A stretch of DNA of 45,458 nucleotides from Candidatus Berkelbacteria bacterium (GTDB lineage Bacteria > Patescibacteriota > UBA1384 > VFKW01): positions 1-45,458 of the forward strand of contig VFKW01000035.1 of NCBI GenBank assembly GCA_009885355.1, written 5' to 3'. How positions within the stretch are numbered: position 1 is the stretch's first letter; every line of letters begins with the position of its first letter. The notes beneath the pieces are model-generated. The model did not search any database. It had not been told where the DNA came from and saw only the letters and a list, made by a program, of their open reading frames with translations. Of this stretch, positions 31,360-40,350 are shown piece after piece. The translations under genes and the position numbers were made by a program.

Positions 31360-32982
31360 CTACGCTGATATCCCAATTTCTTTATACTTTAATGGGAGTG
31401 AAAAGTAAAAGGTTGATCCTTTGCCTTTTGCTGAATCAAATTGAATTTTTCCACCATGGAGCTCTATGATATTTTTAGAGATAAACAATCCTAGCCCTGT
31501 ACCTTGTTGTTCCTGAGGATTATCAGGGTCAAATCTTCCAGCTTGGAAGAATTTTTCAAAGAGATGCTTTTGCTCTTCTTTTTCTATGCCAACACCAGAA
31601 TCTCCGATGGTAATAATCATATCATCATCTTTTGCCTTAGCAGTTACAGCGATTTTACCATTCTCAGTGAATTTATTAGCGTTGCTGATTAAATTTGTAA
31701 GTACCTCGGTGATCTTACTCTGGTCGATCATTATTTTAGGAAGAGATTGATTGAGGCGTATATAAGCGATAGAATTACCTTTTTCTTTAGCTTTCAATTC
31801 AAAGCCAGATACGATCGAAGAAATCAGGGAATCAATATCAGCTTCTGTGACGTTGATCTTCATACGATGCTGATCGATCCTCGCCACATTGAGAATGTCT
31901 TTTGATAATTGTGCCAGACGCTTAGTATCGGTTAATATTGGCTGTAAAAACTTTTTCTGTTCATCATTCAAATGACACATGTTTTCTTCAATCGCCATGC
32001 TTAATCTACCTTGAATTACGGTGATTGGAGTATTTAATTCGTGAGTTGCCATCTGTAGGAATTCATCTTTCATTCGGTCAAGATCGACTAATTCCCTCTT
32101 GTCTTGTTCTAATTGGTGAGTCAAATTCTGCAATTGCCTATTATGAGCAATCTCTTTTTTTACTGAAGCGATAATCAAATACCCCCCGTAAGCTACAATT
32201 ATCAATATTGATGCATTAATTATTCCTCTCCCAAGATTCTCCGATGATAATGTTTGTACTAAAAGTGCCAGAATAACTAATAGTACTGCTAATTCTGTCA
32301 CGATTACTTTGACATTTAATAATCCTCGTTCAATAATCGCGTAAGTAGTAAATACTAAAAAGATAATTACACTATATATGCCCCACTTGTAAATGTTTGG
32401 GTTATGTGTAATTACTGGCATAACTAAACTAAAAAATAATGCCAAAAAAGCGTATATCGAAAAACCCAATAAAACAACAAAAATTTGCTCCTTTCTAATG
32501 CCCTTTTCCTGTCGATAATTAACAAAAAGTTTTATAATGCTAGCAACAGCATAAGATAAAAGAAACAAAAAATACGGAATATAGAAGAAACCGGGTGAAA
32601 CTTTAAAATTTACCCCTTCATCCGGGGTTGCTTTTGCTACAAGATTCATAAAAGAAAGTATAATGAATATTAAAGGCATCACCGATAATATATGCCACCA
32701 GCTTTTATAGACATTGGGGCTGTTAGGAAAAGCTATGCTAAACATTAGAAAGAAGTAAACAACTAATGACGTGGCTGCAAACCCGATGTTTACAAAAGGC
32801 TGCACCGTATCGATGGTCAAGAATTTAGCCACTAAACTAGATGATATCCAAACTGATGCAGAAAAATTGAAAGCAAAAAATAGCCGATTGCTAATATTTT
32901 TATAATCGTTGGCTAAAACTATGCAGCCAAGTAGAAGACTTATAACTGCAATCAACGCAGTAATAATGGTATCAAAATTCAT
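31360..32982 (-). CDS. Sensor histidine kinase with multi-TM N-terminal domain
   Basis: 540 aa. The first ~270 aa are almost entirely hydrophobic helices. The H-box is MATHELNTPIT, the N-box NLISNANKF, G1 IGDSGVGI and G2 GTGLGL. Confidence 0.9.
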   Translation of the reverse strand: MNFDTIITALIAVISLLLGCIVLANDYKNISNRLFFAFNFSASVWISSSLVAKFLTIDTVQPFVNIGFAATSLVVYFFLMFSIAFPNSPNVYKSWWHILSVMPLIFIILSFMNLVAKATPDEGVNFKVSPGFFYIPYFLFLLSYAVASIIKLFVNYRQEKGIRKEQIFVVLLGFSIYAFLALFFSLVMPVITHNPNIYKWGIYSVIIFLVFTTYAIIERGLLNVKVIVTELAVLLVILALLVQTLSSENLGRGIINASILIIVAYGGYLIIASVKKEIAHNRQLQNLTHQLEQDKRELVDLDRMKDEFLQMATHELNTPITVIQGRLSMAIEENMCHLNDEQKKFLQPILTDTKRLAQLSKDILNVARIDQHRMKINVTEADIDSLISSIVSGFELKAKEKGNSIAYIRLNQSLPKIMIDQSKITEVLTNLISNANKFTENGKIAVTAKAKDDDMIITIGDSGVGIEKEEQKHLFEKFFQAGRFDPDNPQEQQGTGLGLFISKNIIELHGGKIQFDSAKGKGSTFYFSLPLKYKEIGISA

Positions 32983-33088
32983 AGAATTCCTATTGTTCGT
33001 TAGCGTGTTAAATTGATATGACTATGAATTAAGTATACAATAATTAATTTGATATTTACAATTTAGATAAAAAAATGGACTGACCGCA

Positions 33089-33754
33089 TTAAGCAATCAG
33101 TCCTTGAGTAACTACCATATTCTTCTCTAAATTAGGATTAAGTATTTCTACCATTGTGCTGAGACCGCAAGATCGAGGGTCTCCGCCTCCTTCAACATAA
33201 TCCTTGAATATTATAGGAGGCTCAATGGATACAAGGCCATAATTACCCAGAACTCGAAGCTCCGGATCTAATGGTCTTTCGTTTCTTTGGCTACGCACAT
33301 ACTCTTCAGGACTCATACTCTCCTGAAAACGTTGATAGCCAGGGATTCTGGTCATAAATCGACAGCCTCGCTTCCTATTAGCAACCATATAGTCGTAAAG
33401 GAAACTAATCAGGCTTTCGGTCATGCCGGCTCGGCAGCCCTTAGGCGTTACTGCGAGACCAACTCCATGAAGCCATTCACCGTATGGGTTATGGGTTCTT
33501 GTGAAGTGGCCGGAATCAGTTGCTTCATCCCAAGTCGGACGAAGGATGGTATCATCGTTTGCAAGCTGCACGGAAACATATCCTTCGATGCATCCGTCGA
33601 TCTCACCTACCACTATCCCGCATTCCGGAAAAGTGGTTATTCGATCGATGAACATCTGTCTGTTTCCTTGCCAGACGCCCTTCCACGCCTGATCACAAAC
33701 ACGTATGACATCATCAATATCTGCCACCACAGCCGGTCTTACTTTCCTGTTCAT
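33089..33754 (-). CDS. GNAT-like acetyltransferase (tentative)
   Basis: The ORF opens at 33775, but GAGGTG lies 7 nt before ATG 33754 (MNRKVRPAVVADIDDV..). ..LHGVGLAVTPKGCRAGMTESLISFLYDY.. resembles a GNAT acetyl-CoA-binding segment. G+C is visibly higher than in flanking DNA. Confidence 0.55.
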   Translation of the reverse strand: MNRKVRPAVVADIDDVIRVCDQAWKGVWQGNRQMFIDRITTFPECGIVVGEIDGCIEGYVSVQLANDDTILRPTWDEATDSGHFTRTHNPYGEWLHGVGLAVTPKGCRAGMTESLISFLYDYMVANRKRGCRFMTRIPGYQRFQESMSPEEYVRSQRNERPLDPELRVLGNYGLVSIEPPIIFKDYVEGGGDPRSCGLSTMVEILNPNLEKNMVVTQGLIA

Positions 33755-33962
33755 TTGATTCACCTCGACTCCCACCGTTATGGTGGCGTGTATTTTGATA
33801 TCAGGTCGCTTACCTGTTATATAACAGTAAGGTAACTGAGCTTTTTATGCTCAATCTATCCTACTAGCAAAGCCAATGCCTCTTAGTTTTCAATGTACTC
33901 ATCGCTTATTATACCATAATGAATTTGATATAATATTGTAACACAAAAATCTCTATCTGTCA

Positions 33963-33980
33963 ATATGGTTAGGACTCGAT
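33963..33980. repeat. Left flanking direct repeat of the IS (ATATGGTTAGGACTCGAT)
   Basis: Exact 18-bp match to 35372-35389, immediately outside the left inverted repeat. Confidence 0.8.
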
Positions 33981-35371
33981 GTTAGCGCAATATAGTAATG
34001 TCACCTTAATGGGCAATATAGGAATGTCCCCTTTCTCTGGTTTTTAGGTTATACTGTTTAGTTAACTAAATAAGAGAAAGGGTAAAGTGGAGACATTCAA
34101 TATGAGCCGAAGGGAAATGGGACAGATTAATATATTTGAAAAGCTAAAGGATAAACAAATGAAACAAAAAGAAGCCGCCAAGATATTAAATTTAAGCACG
34201 CGTCAGATTAAACGGAAACTAAAAGTATATCGCATATCCGGAGAAATAAGCCTGGTTAATAAAAGTCGAGGCAAACCTGGAAATCACCGTCATACAGATG
34301 AATTTTGGACTAAAGTAATTACATTGGTAAAAGATAAGTACCCAGACTTCGGGCCAACATTTGCCTCCGAAAAACTTTTAGAAAATCACAACATAATTGT
34401 CAATCATGAATCTTTAAGACTAAAAATGATCGATGAAATATTATGGAAAGCTAAGCGAAGGAAAGCTTCACCTCGACAAATGCGCGAGCGCAAAGAATGC
34501 TTTGGTGAGCTGGTACAGTTGGATGGCTCTGATCATGCTTGGTTCGAAGATAGAGCGCCGAAATGTTGTCTAATCGCCTTCATCGACGATGCCACCAGCC
34601 AGATCGTTTATCTGGAATTTACCAGTGGTGAAACCACCGAAAACTTGATGAGAACAACCCGGGAATACCTAGAAACATATGGTAAGCCAGTCGCCCTGTA
34701 TTCCGATCGTGGCGGAGTTTACAAGGTTAACCTTAATAATCCCAATGATGACAAATTAACCCAGTATGGCAGATCGTTAGAAGAGCTGGACATCAGCCAC
34801 ATCCACGCCCGATCACCCCAGGCCAAAGGACGAGTAGAGCGACTATTTGGAACCCTGCAGGATCGTCTGGTGAAGGAATTAAGACTAAAAGGAATCTCAT
34901 CAATTGAAGAGGCAAATAAGTATTTAAAAGAAGAATATATTGCCATGCATAATGCTAAATTCGCAGAAGTTCCAAAAAGTAAAACTGACCTTCATCAGTC
35001 AATTGATGGTTATGAGCTTAATAATATTTTCTGTCTAAAAGAAGATCGTAAGATTAACAATGACTTTACCATTGCCTACAAAACCAAATGGCTGCAACTT
35101 ACAAAAACCCAACCAACTATTATCTACCCCAAAGAAACCGTCCAAGTCTGGCAGCATTTAGATGGGACAATAACAATTCACCAAAACAAGAGTACCCTTA
35201 ATTTTAAAGAAGTATGCCAAAGACCAATTATTGAAAAAAGAAAGGAGGAAATAAAGCCACGAATTCCATGGGCCCCGTCAGCTACACACCCATGGAGAGA
35301 GCCTGTTTTAGCGCATTAAAAAAGTGACATTTCTATTTTGCAAAAAAGTGACATTTCTATTTTGTGTTGAC
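33981..35371 (+). mobile_element. Insertion sequence, ISNCY-like (about 1.39 kb)
   Basis: A single transposase ORF bounded by ~50-bp terminal inverted repeats. The left end carries GCAATATAG(T/G)AATGTC(A/C)C twice, and the right end carries GTGACATTTCTATTTTG twice. It is flanked by an exact 18-bp direct repeat. Confidence 0.8.
34087..35319 (+). CDS. Transposase (HTH + rve/DDE integrase core; ISNCY-family-like)
   Basis: 410 aa with an N-terminal HTH (..QKEAAKILNLSTRQIKRKLK..). The core contains ..FGELVQLDGSDHAWFEDRAPKCCLIAFIDDAT.., ..ALYSDRGGVY.. and ..RSPQAKGRVERLFGTLQDRL... The start is either GTG 34087 or ATG 34102. The family call is from memory of ISNCY transposases. Confidence 0.85.
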   Translation: METFNMSRREMGQINIFEKLKDKQMKQKEAAKILNLSTRQIKRKLKVYRISGEISLVNKSRGKPGNHRHTDEFWTKVITLVKDKYPDFGPTFASEKLLENHNIIVNHESLRLKMIDEILWKAKRRKASPRQMRERKECFGELVQLDGSDHAWFEDRAPKCCLIAFIDDATSQIVYLEFTSGETTENLMRTTREYLETYGKPVALYSDRGGVYKVNLNNPNDDKLTQYGRSLEELDISHIHARSPQAKGRVERLFGTLQDRLVKELRLKGISSIEEANKYLKEEYIAMHNAKFAEVPKSKTDLHQSIDGYELNNIFCLKEDRKINNDFTIAYKTKWLQLTKTQPTIIYPKETVQVWQHLDGTITIHQNKSTLNFKEVCQRPIIEKRKEEIKPRIPWAPSATHPWREPVLAH

Positions 35372-35389
35372 ATATGGTTAGGACTCGAT
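35372..35389. repeat. Right flanking direct repeat of the IS (ATATGGTTAGGACTCGAT)
   Basis: Exact 18-bp match to 33963-33980. Confidence 0.8.
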
Positions 35390-35401
35390 TGAGAGTAGGA
35401 G

Positions 35402-36157
35402 TTATAAGGTTGGTGAAAATGATTCTATAATTCGTTGGGTTTCTTGGCTGTCTTTTTCATCTATTTCCAATGAAACAATGGGGTAACGGGCGTTACCAGT
35501 AAAATAGTACCCCGTATAATAAGCAACCGTTCCATTAAAATTCGTAGAGAATCTTTTTTCAATAATTCCGATGATCTTTGTGTTTTTCATTATCTCCTGA
35601 CAACCATCTAAGCTGAAATTATAGTTTTTAGAAACTTGCGTATAGTCGGCACAGCTTTTGAATTTTATTTTATTCTTAGGATCTGTATATAGTAGAGCCG
35701 AAGGATTGCCTTCCATGTCATCGTTAAAATTTGAGGTCAAATAATCTATTCTGGAATTACTTTTTTCAAACATGATTATATAATCTGTTCCGCTAATATC
35801 TCCTTTGTGTTCAGTAATTTCAGGATTTCCCCACTGTTCGGGATATTCAAACGATTGTTTTAAATCTGGTAGAGAATATTTTAACCAATTAGTAGTAACC
35901 GTGGGGGTGATGGTTTCCGCATTGGCCGGGGTGGGGCTTGCCGTGTTTATCTCGTCGTTAATTGACGGTGTTGATTTTGGTATAATCTTTTCTTGACTAT
36001 TACTGATCGGTTTTTGAAATAGTGACTTAATTCTTGTTGGAGATAAATTACCTGTTTTAAAATAAATTGCGCCCTCAATAATTATTAATAAAATTATAAT
36101 AGTTCCTCCGATAATCCATGGCCAAGGCACTATTTTTTTAATTGGCTCCGTATCCAT
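35402..36157 (-). CDS. Membrane-anchored extracytoplasmic hypothetical protein
   Basis: 251 aa with GAGGGGG upstream of ATG 36157. It has an N-terminal TM helix (WPWIIGGTIIILLIIIEGAIYF). No domain recognised. Confidence 0.65.
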   Translation of the reverse strand: MDTEPIKKIVPWPWIIGGTIIILLIIIEGAIYFKTGNLSPTRIKSLFQKPISNSQEKIIPKSTPSINDEINTASPTPANAETITPTVTTNWLKYSLPDLKQSFEYPEQWGNPEITEHKGDISGTDYIIMFEKSNSRIDYLTSNFNDDMEGNPSALLYTDPKNKIKFKSCADYTQVSKNYNFSLDGCQEIMKNTKIIGIIEKRFSTNFNGTVAYYTGYYFTGNARYPIVSLEIDEKDSQETQRIIESFSPTL

Positions 36158-36303
36158 TTCCCCCTCTTTTTCTAACTTATTTCTATCATCTAATTTGTAT
36201 GATTTTTTGTCAATTCATAAATTAAAATACTTCACTTGTTTTCCGTCGGATTGGACTGTTAGAATTTAGGTTTATAAGATATAATTTAAGTACGGGAGAA
36301 ATA

Positions 36304-36909
36304 ATGGGTAATCTAAAATTAATTTTTGATTTAATCGGCGTTATAACAGAAGAAGAGTATATTGCGACAAAGCTTGTGTATCCATTGGTTGAAAAATCGG
36401 TATCATATGATTTGTTTAAGAAAAAATACCTGCTTTATTGTATTGATAACATTGATCGCAGCGATTTTTGGCAAGGAATTGTTCCAGAGGTTGAGATATC
36501 CTTAATGGAGGAAGAAATTATTAGCCGTGTTGCTTTAAATTTAGACGTTGTCGAACTAATAAAAGATTATAACAATAAAGGGGTGAACATATTTCTAGCG
36601 TCAGAGATTCCTGCAAAATGGGGAGAGATGATACTTGCAAAAGCCGGACTCAAGGATGTTTTTAAAGAAAAGTTTTATAGTAGTACTCTCAGATCAACCA
36701 AACCATTTAAAAATTATTATGATAAAATTTTTAAACCAGAATTTATGCAAAGTTCTCATGTTATATATATTGATGACACTAATTATAACGTCGAAGTAGT
36801 TAGAGGATACGGGGCTGAAGCGATCTGGTTCAACAAGACAGGAGAAGATGGACTCATCGAGCATCTAACAGCGGGAAACGCAAAAGAGATAAAAAATATT
36901 ATCGGGTAA
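36304..36909 (+). CDS. HAD-superfamily hydrolase-like protein with non-canonical motif I
   Basis: 201 aa. Motif I reads LIFDLIGVIT (DxIxV instead of DxDxT/V). Motif II is FLASE, the Lys is in ..STKPF.., and motif IV is YIDDTNYN. Confidence 0.7.
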   Translation: MGNLKLIFDLIGVITEEEYIATKLVYPLVEKSVSYDLFKKKYLLYCIDNIDRSDFWQGIVPEVEISLMEEEIISRVALNLDVVELIKDYNNKGVNIFLASEIPAKWGEMILAKAGLKDVFKEKFYSSTLRSTKPFKNYYDKIFKPEFMQSSHVIYIDDTNYNVEVVRGYGAEAIWFNKTGEDGLIEHLTAGNAKEIKNIIG

Positions 36910-36979
36910 TCCCCCGTTGGGCTTGATTTATAGTCTGAAATATTGTATGATTTGGAGTAATTTAACAGACTAGGTATTT

Positions 36980-38023
36980 ATGCTTAAAATTATTAATTTC
37001 CAAGATAAAATTAAAGAACTTAATCCGCCGTATGGCTCATTGAGTGTGGACGATAATAATTATTTCTATAAAATCGTCGACAATCACTTGGCCAAACTGG
37101 AAGTTTTAGGACATGAGAAACTTTCCTACAATTATCCGGTTGCGAAGCTGATAAGCGATTATCCTTTCGATAATAAAAGAACGGCTCTGATTTTTGAATA
37201 TGAGAATTCTGTTGGTAAAGAATCCGGACTACTAGTGGATTTATTTGCAGCCGAGGAGATAATTAATAATAAATTTACAAATATATTAGAGATCTATAAT
37301 AAGGTTTTTGCCGCAACATTAAGAGAAGATAAAGGTGAAAGCTCGGATATTCTTTTCAAATCAAGAGTCGAAACGAGGTTAAAGAAATATTATGATAAAA
37401 AATTCATTAGCCAAGTGAATGGATACCAATATAACCTCAACGGTAGAAAGATTACGCTGGATCTTGAAAAAATTCTAGAATCAATTGAGGTCTTTTACAA
37501 TAACCGATCCAAAACATGGTGCGTTTTATCGCAATGCGATCCAAATGACTTAAACATTGGCACCAAGCCCATTGTTTTAGATTATTTGGCCGGTGGTTGG
37601 AACCCATTAATGGCTGAATTTGCCACACTCTTTTGGTATCAGTTGGCTCAGGGCAGCTACCTTGCTCTTAAATACAACGCACGAGCGTTTAAAAATCATG
37701 AAAATATATTCTCAAAAATAGAGACTGTCACTTTCAATAATAATCAATTATCTCATCAAATAACGCCATTGAGAAAAGAATTTACGCAACTATACATTAA
37801 GCAAGTAATTGATCCTTTAATGCTAACTATTGGTGATTACCCAAATTGGTATGAGGAATTCAAAAATTTCATCGTCATGAAAATTCTTTGTGTTTTTGAT
37901 GTAACCAAAATGGATAAAGAAGACATGTTTTTATCTTTAGGATATCTTCAATTATTCTATGGCCAAGAATTTAAAAAGCCGATAGATTTAATGCAATTTT
38001 TTGAGGAAAATAATGGAAAATAA
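36980..38023 (+). CDS. Divergent APH/choline-kinase-fold phosphotransferase
   Basis: 347 aa. SQCDPNDLNIG matches the HxDxxxxN catalytic loop with Cys in place of His. It is followed by VLDYLAGGWNPLMAEFA, similar to the IDxE..G..D(L/F)A metal-binding segment of APH-type kinases. Confidence 0.6.
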   Translation: MLKIINFQDKIKELNPPYGSLSVDDNNYFYKIVDNHLAKLEVLGHEKLSYNYPVAKLISDYPFDNKRTALIFEYENSVGKESGLLVDLFAAEEIINNKFTNILEIYNKVFAATLREDKGESSDILFKSRVETRLKKYYDKKFISQVNGYQYNLNGRKITLDLEKILESIEVFYNNRSKTWCVLSQCDPNDLNIGTKPIVLDYLAGGWNPLMAEFATLFWYQLAQGSYLALKYNARAFKNHENIFSKIETVTFNNNQLSHQITPLRKEFTQLYIKQVIDPLMLTIGDYPNWYEEFKNFIVMKILCVFDVTKMDKEDMFLSLGYLQLFYGQEFKKPIDLMQFFEENNGK

Positions 38024-38708
38024 TCAATATTATAAAGTTGAGAATGATTTTTTCAAAATTATCGAGCGTCTTGAAAACGATAACCTGCTATTTTATTGCG
38101 TAACTGGCAGTTTGGCACGAAACGACCTGATTGAAGGCTGGAGCGATATCGATCTATTGATGGTTTTTAAAGAATATAGCTCAGATCTTTTCTCCCATAT
38201 AAATGAGGCTCTATCCGGTAATAAAAGCATGATTAAAATCGGTACAACTTTTTATTCAAGGAAAGAATTTAATAGTAAAGAATTATTTAAGGACCCAAAA
38301 ACTCGCCATGCAATCGAGTATATTAATAAAGCAATTTATATACCCAGAATTAATAACCAAACTATTGTATTACCAGAGTTAGATAAAAAAATGACTATGA
38401 CCTACGACTTAGTGGACATGGCGAAATATCTTCATAATATAAGAAGGGAATTAATTGATCAAACAAAATTTAATGAACGATCAGTATATAAACTAATAAT
38501 CTCCGTTATAAAAATGCTGCTTTATCGACAGAATATTCAAGCTTTAGGATATAAAGATGCTTTAGCAATGGCGAAGGATAATTTGACTTATTTCAATATT
38601 GAATTGCCGCTACCGATGGAAATACTAGAATTTCCTAAGGATAAAAATAAAAGATATAATAATTATATTAAATTTTTAAACTGGTTAAAGGAGTACAGAA
38701 TTGCTTAA
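38013..38708 (+). CDS. Pol-beta-superfamily nucleotidyltransferase (ANT/Lnu-like layout)
   Basis: The track ORF starts at TTG 38001, but GAGGA lies 5 nt before ATG 38013. ..FYCVTGSLARNDLIEGWSDIDLLMVF.. matches the G-S-x(n)-D-x-D NTase motif, and a helical C-terminal domain follows. It overlaps the upstream stop by 11 nt. Confidence 0.75.
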   Translation: MENNQYYKVENDFFKIIERLENDNLLFYCVTGSLARNDLIEGWSDIDLLMVFKEYSSDLFSHINEALSGNKSMIKIGTTFYSRKEFNSKELFKDPKTRHAIEYINKAIYIPRINNQTIVLPELDKKMTMTYDLVDMAKYLHNIRRELIDQTKFNERSVYKLIISVIKMLLYRQNIQALGYKDALAMAKDNLTYFNIELPLPMEILEFPKDKNKRYNNYIKFLNWLKEYRIA

Positions 38709-40350
38709 TTTTGATAAACCAAACAATAATAAAATCATATTCGGATATAATACAGGCCATCATGGCGGCGGTGCAATTATCACTGGTGGCAGTCTAGCTA
38801 GTATTTCAGAAGAAAGACTCTCTAGACAAAAATACTCTTCAGGTTATTTATATTCACTATTCTACCTTATTAATCGTATGAATCTAAAAATTCAGGACAT
38901 TGATTTGTTTGTTTCAAGCAGCTACCATAACCCACTTGAAGATGATTATCAGGGGATATTAGCGTCTTTAGGTGTAGCTCGAGAAAAATTTGTCAGTGTT
39001 GACCATCATTTATCACATGCTTACAGCACATATTTCCTATCCCCGTTCAATAAAGCATTAGTAGTGGTGGTAGATGGTTTAGGGAATTTAAATGATACGG
39101 AAAGTTATTACTTAGCCGAGGGCGAAGATATTAAAAAAATCGGGGGTAATGATCCCAACCGCTCTATCCATAAAGGTATCGGACGTGCATATGAATCATT
39201 CACGAATTTTTGTGGTTGGAGTGCTCAAGAGGCAGGTAAAACGATGGGATTGGCATCATATGGACAAGAGAAGAATCTAGGAGTAGATCTCTATGAAATT
39301 AATAATAAAAATCAGATTAGCAGCAAATTGGAAGGTAAATACTCACAAGGTGCACTCAAGATTACAAGGGACAATAACCTAGATTTTGGAGTGCCATTTT
39401 CAGAATTTAACAATAAAGATGCAGCTTTTTTTGTTCAGGATAGGACAGAAAAAATAATCATCGAATTGATAAATAATCTGTATGAACAATACAAAATTAC
39501 TGATCTTTGTCTGGCAGGAGGGGTGTTCCTTAATAGTATTATTAATAAAAAGATATTGGACCAAACTCCGATAAAAAATATATTTGTACCACCGTGCTGT
39601 GATGATACAGGCCAACCATTAGGGAATGCACTATATGGTTATCATGGATATTTTGGTATTCCAAAGAATATCCAGTTAAATCATGCGTATTTGGGAATGG
39701 ATTATGAGGAGAAAGAAATTATTGATGTGTTAGAAAAGAAACAGGAAATATATTCATTGCCGTACGAGGTAAAATCTTTCAACTTTAAATATAAATATCA
39801 TAAAGATATCGCTTCCATTACAGCAGAATTATTGGCTAATGGTAAAATAATTGGTTGGTTCCAAGGTGGCTCGGAAATTGGGCCCAGAGCGTTAGGCCAT
39901 CGTAGCATATTAACGGCGCCTTATCCTGCCGAGATGAAAGACATCCTAAATGAAAAAGTGAAACATAGAGAAGGATTTCGTCCCTTCGCGCCATCAGTGT
40001 TGGAAGAATATGCACAAGATTTCTTTGAGCTTGAAGTGCCAAGTCCATTTATGTTATTAGTTGCTAAGGCAAAAGAAGATAAAGTAGATAAAATACCAGC
40101 TGCTTTACATGTCGATAAAACAGCCCGCGTGCAAACTGTTAATAAAAAAGACAATGGCATCTACTATGATCTGATAAAAGAATTTTATAAAATCACAGAT
40201 GTGCCAGTACTGCTTAACACTTCATTTAATGATTCAGGTGAGCCAGTAGTAGAAACGCCAAAGGATGCCTTAAGAATGTTCTGTACAACACCAATTGATT
40301 ATTTAGTACTAGGGAATTACCTGGTTTCAAAAAGTAGTAGCGATGAATAA
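38701..40350 (+). CDS. Carbamoyltransferase (NodU/CmcH/TobZ family)
   Basis: 549 aa, starting at TTG 38701 with AAGGAG 7 nt upstream. Family motifs present: ..DHHLSHAYSTYFLSPF.., GPRALGHRSIL, ..KHREGFRPFAPSVLEE.., ..DKTARVQTV.. and LLNTSFNDSGEPVV. Confidence 0.88.
   Translation: MLNFDKPNNNKIIFGYNTGHHGGGAIITGGSLASISEERLSRQKYSSGYLYSLFYLINRMNLKIQDIDLFVSSSYHNPLEDDYQGILASLGVAREKFVSVDHHLSHAYSTYFLSPFNKALVVVVDGLGNLNDTESYYLAEGEDIKKIGGNDPNRSIHKGIGRAYESFTNFCGWSAQEAGKTMGLASYGQEKNLGVDLYEINNKNQISSKLEGKYSQGALKITRDNNLDFGVPFSEFNNKDAAFFVQDRTEKIIIELINNLYEQYKITDLCLAGGVFLNSIINKKILDQTPIKNIFVPPCCDDTGQPLGNALYGYHGYFGIPKNIQLNHAYLGMDYEEKEIIDVLEKKQEIYSLPYEVKSFNFKYKYHKDIASITAELLANGKIIGWFQGGSEIGPRALGHRSILTAPYPAEMKDILNEKVKHREGFRPFAPSVLEEYAQDFFELEVPSPFMLLVAKAKEDKVDKIPAALHVDKTARVQTVNKKDNGIYYDLIKEFYKITDVPVLLNTSFNDSGEPVVETPKDALRMFCTTPIDYLVLGNYLVSKSSSDE

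Noticed and set aside
33287-33835. 182-aa plus-strand ORF opposite the GNAT-like gene
   Set aside because: It has no RBS and no motif, and its product is Ser/His/Cys-rich. The minus-strand frame has a GAGGTG RBS and GNAT-like segments.
21173-35400. Prophage
   Set aside because: There is a recombinase next to a tRNA, but no capsid, terminase, tail or lysis genes. The content is R-M, signalling, IS and miscellaneous genes, so at most this is a genomic island.
38701-40350. Kae1/TsaD (t6A) assignment for the ASKHA-fold N-terminal half
   Set aside because: The full-length protein carries the carbamoyltransferase C-terminal motifs (FRPFAPSV, DKTARVQTV, LNTSFN). It is therefore NodU/CmcH/TobZ-type, not TsaD.
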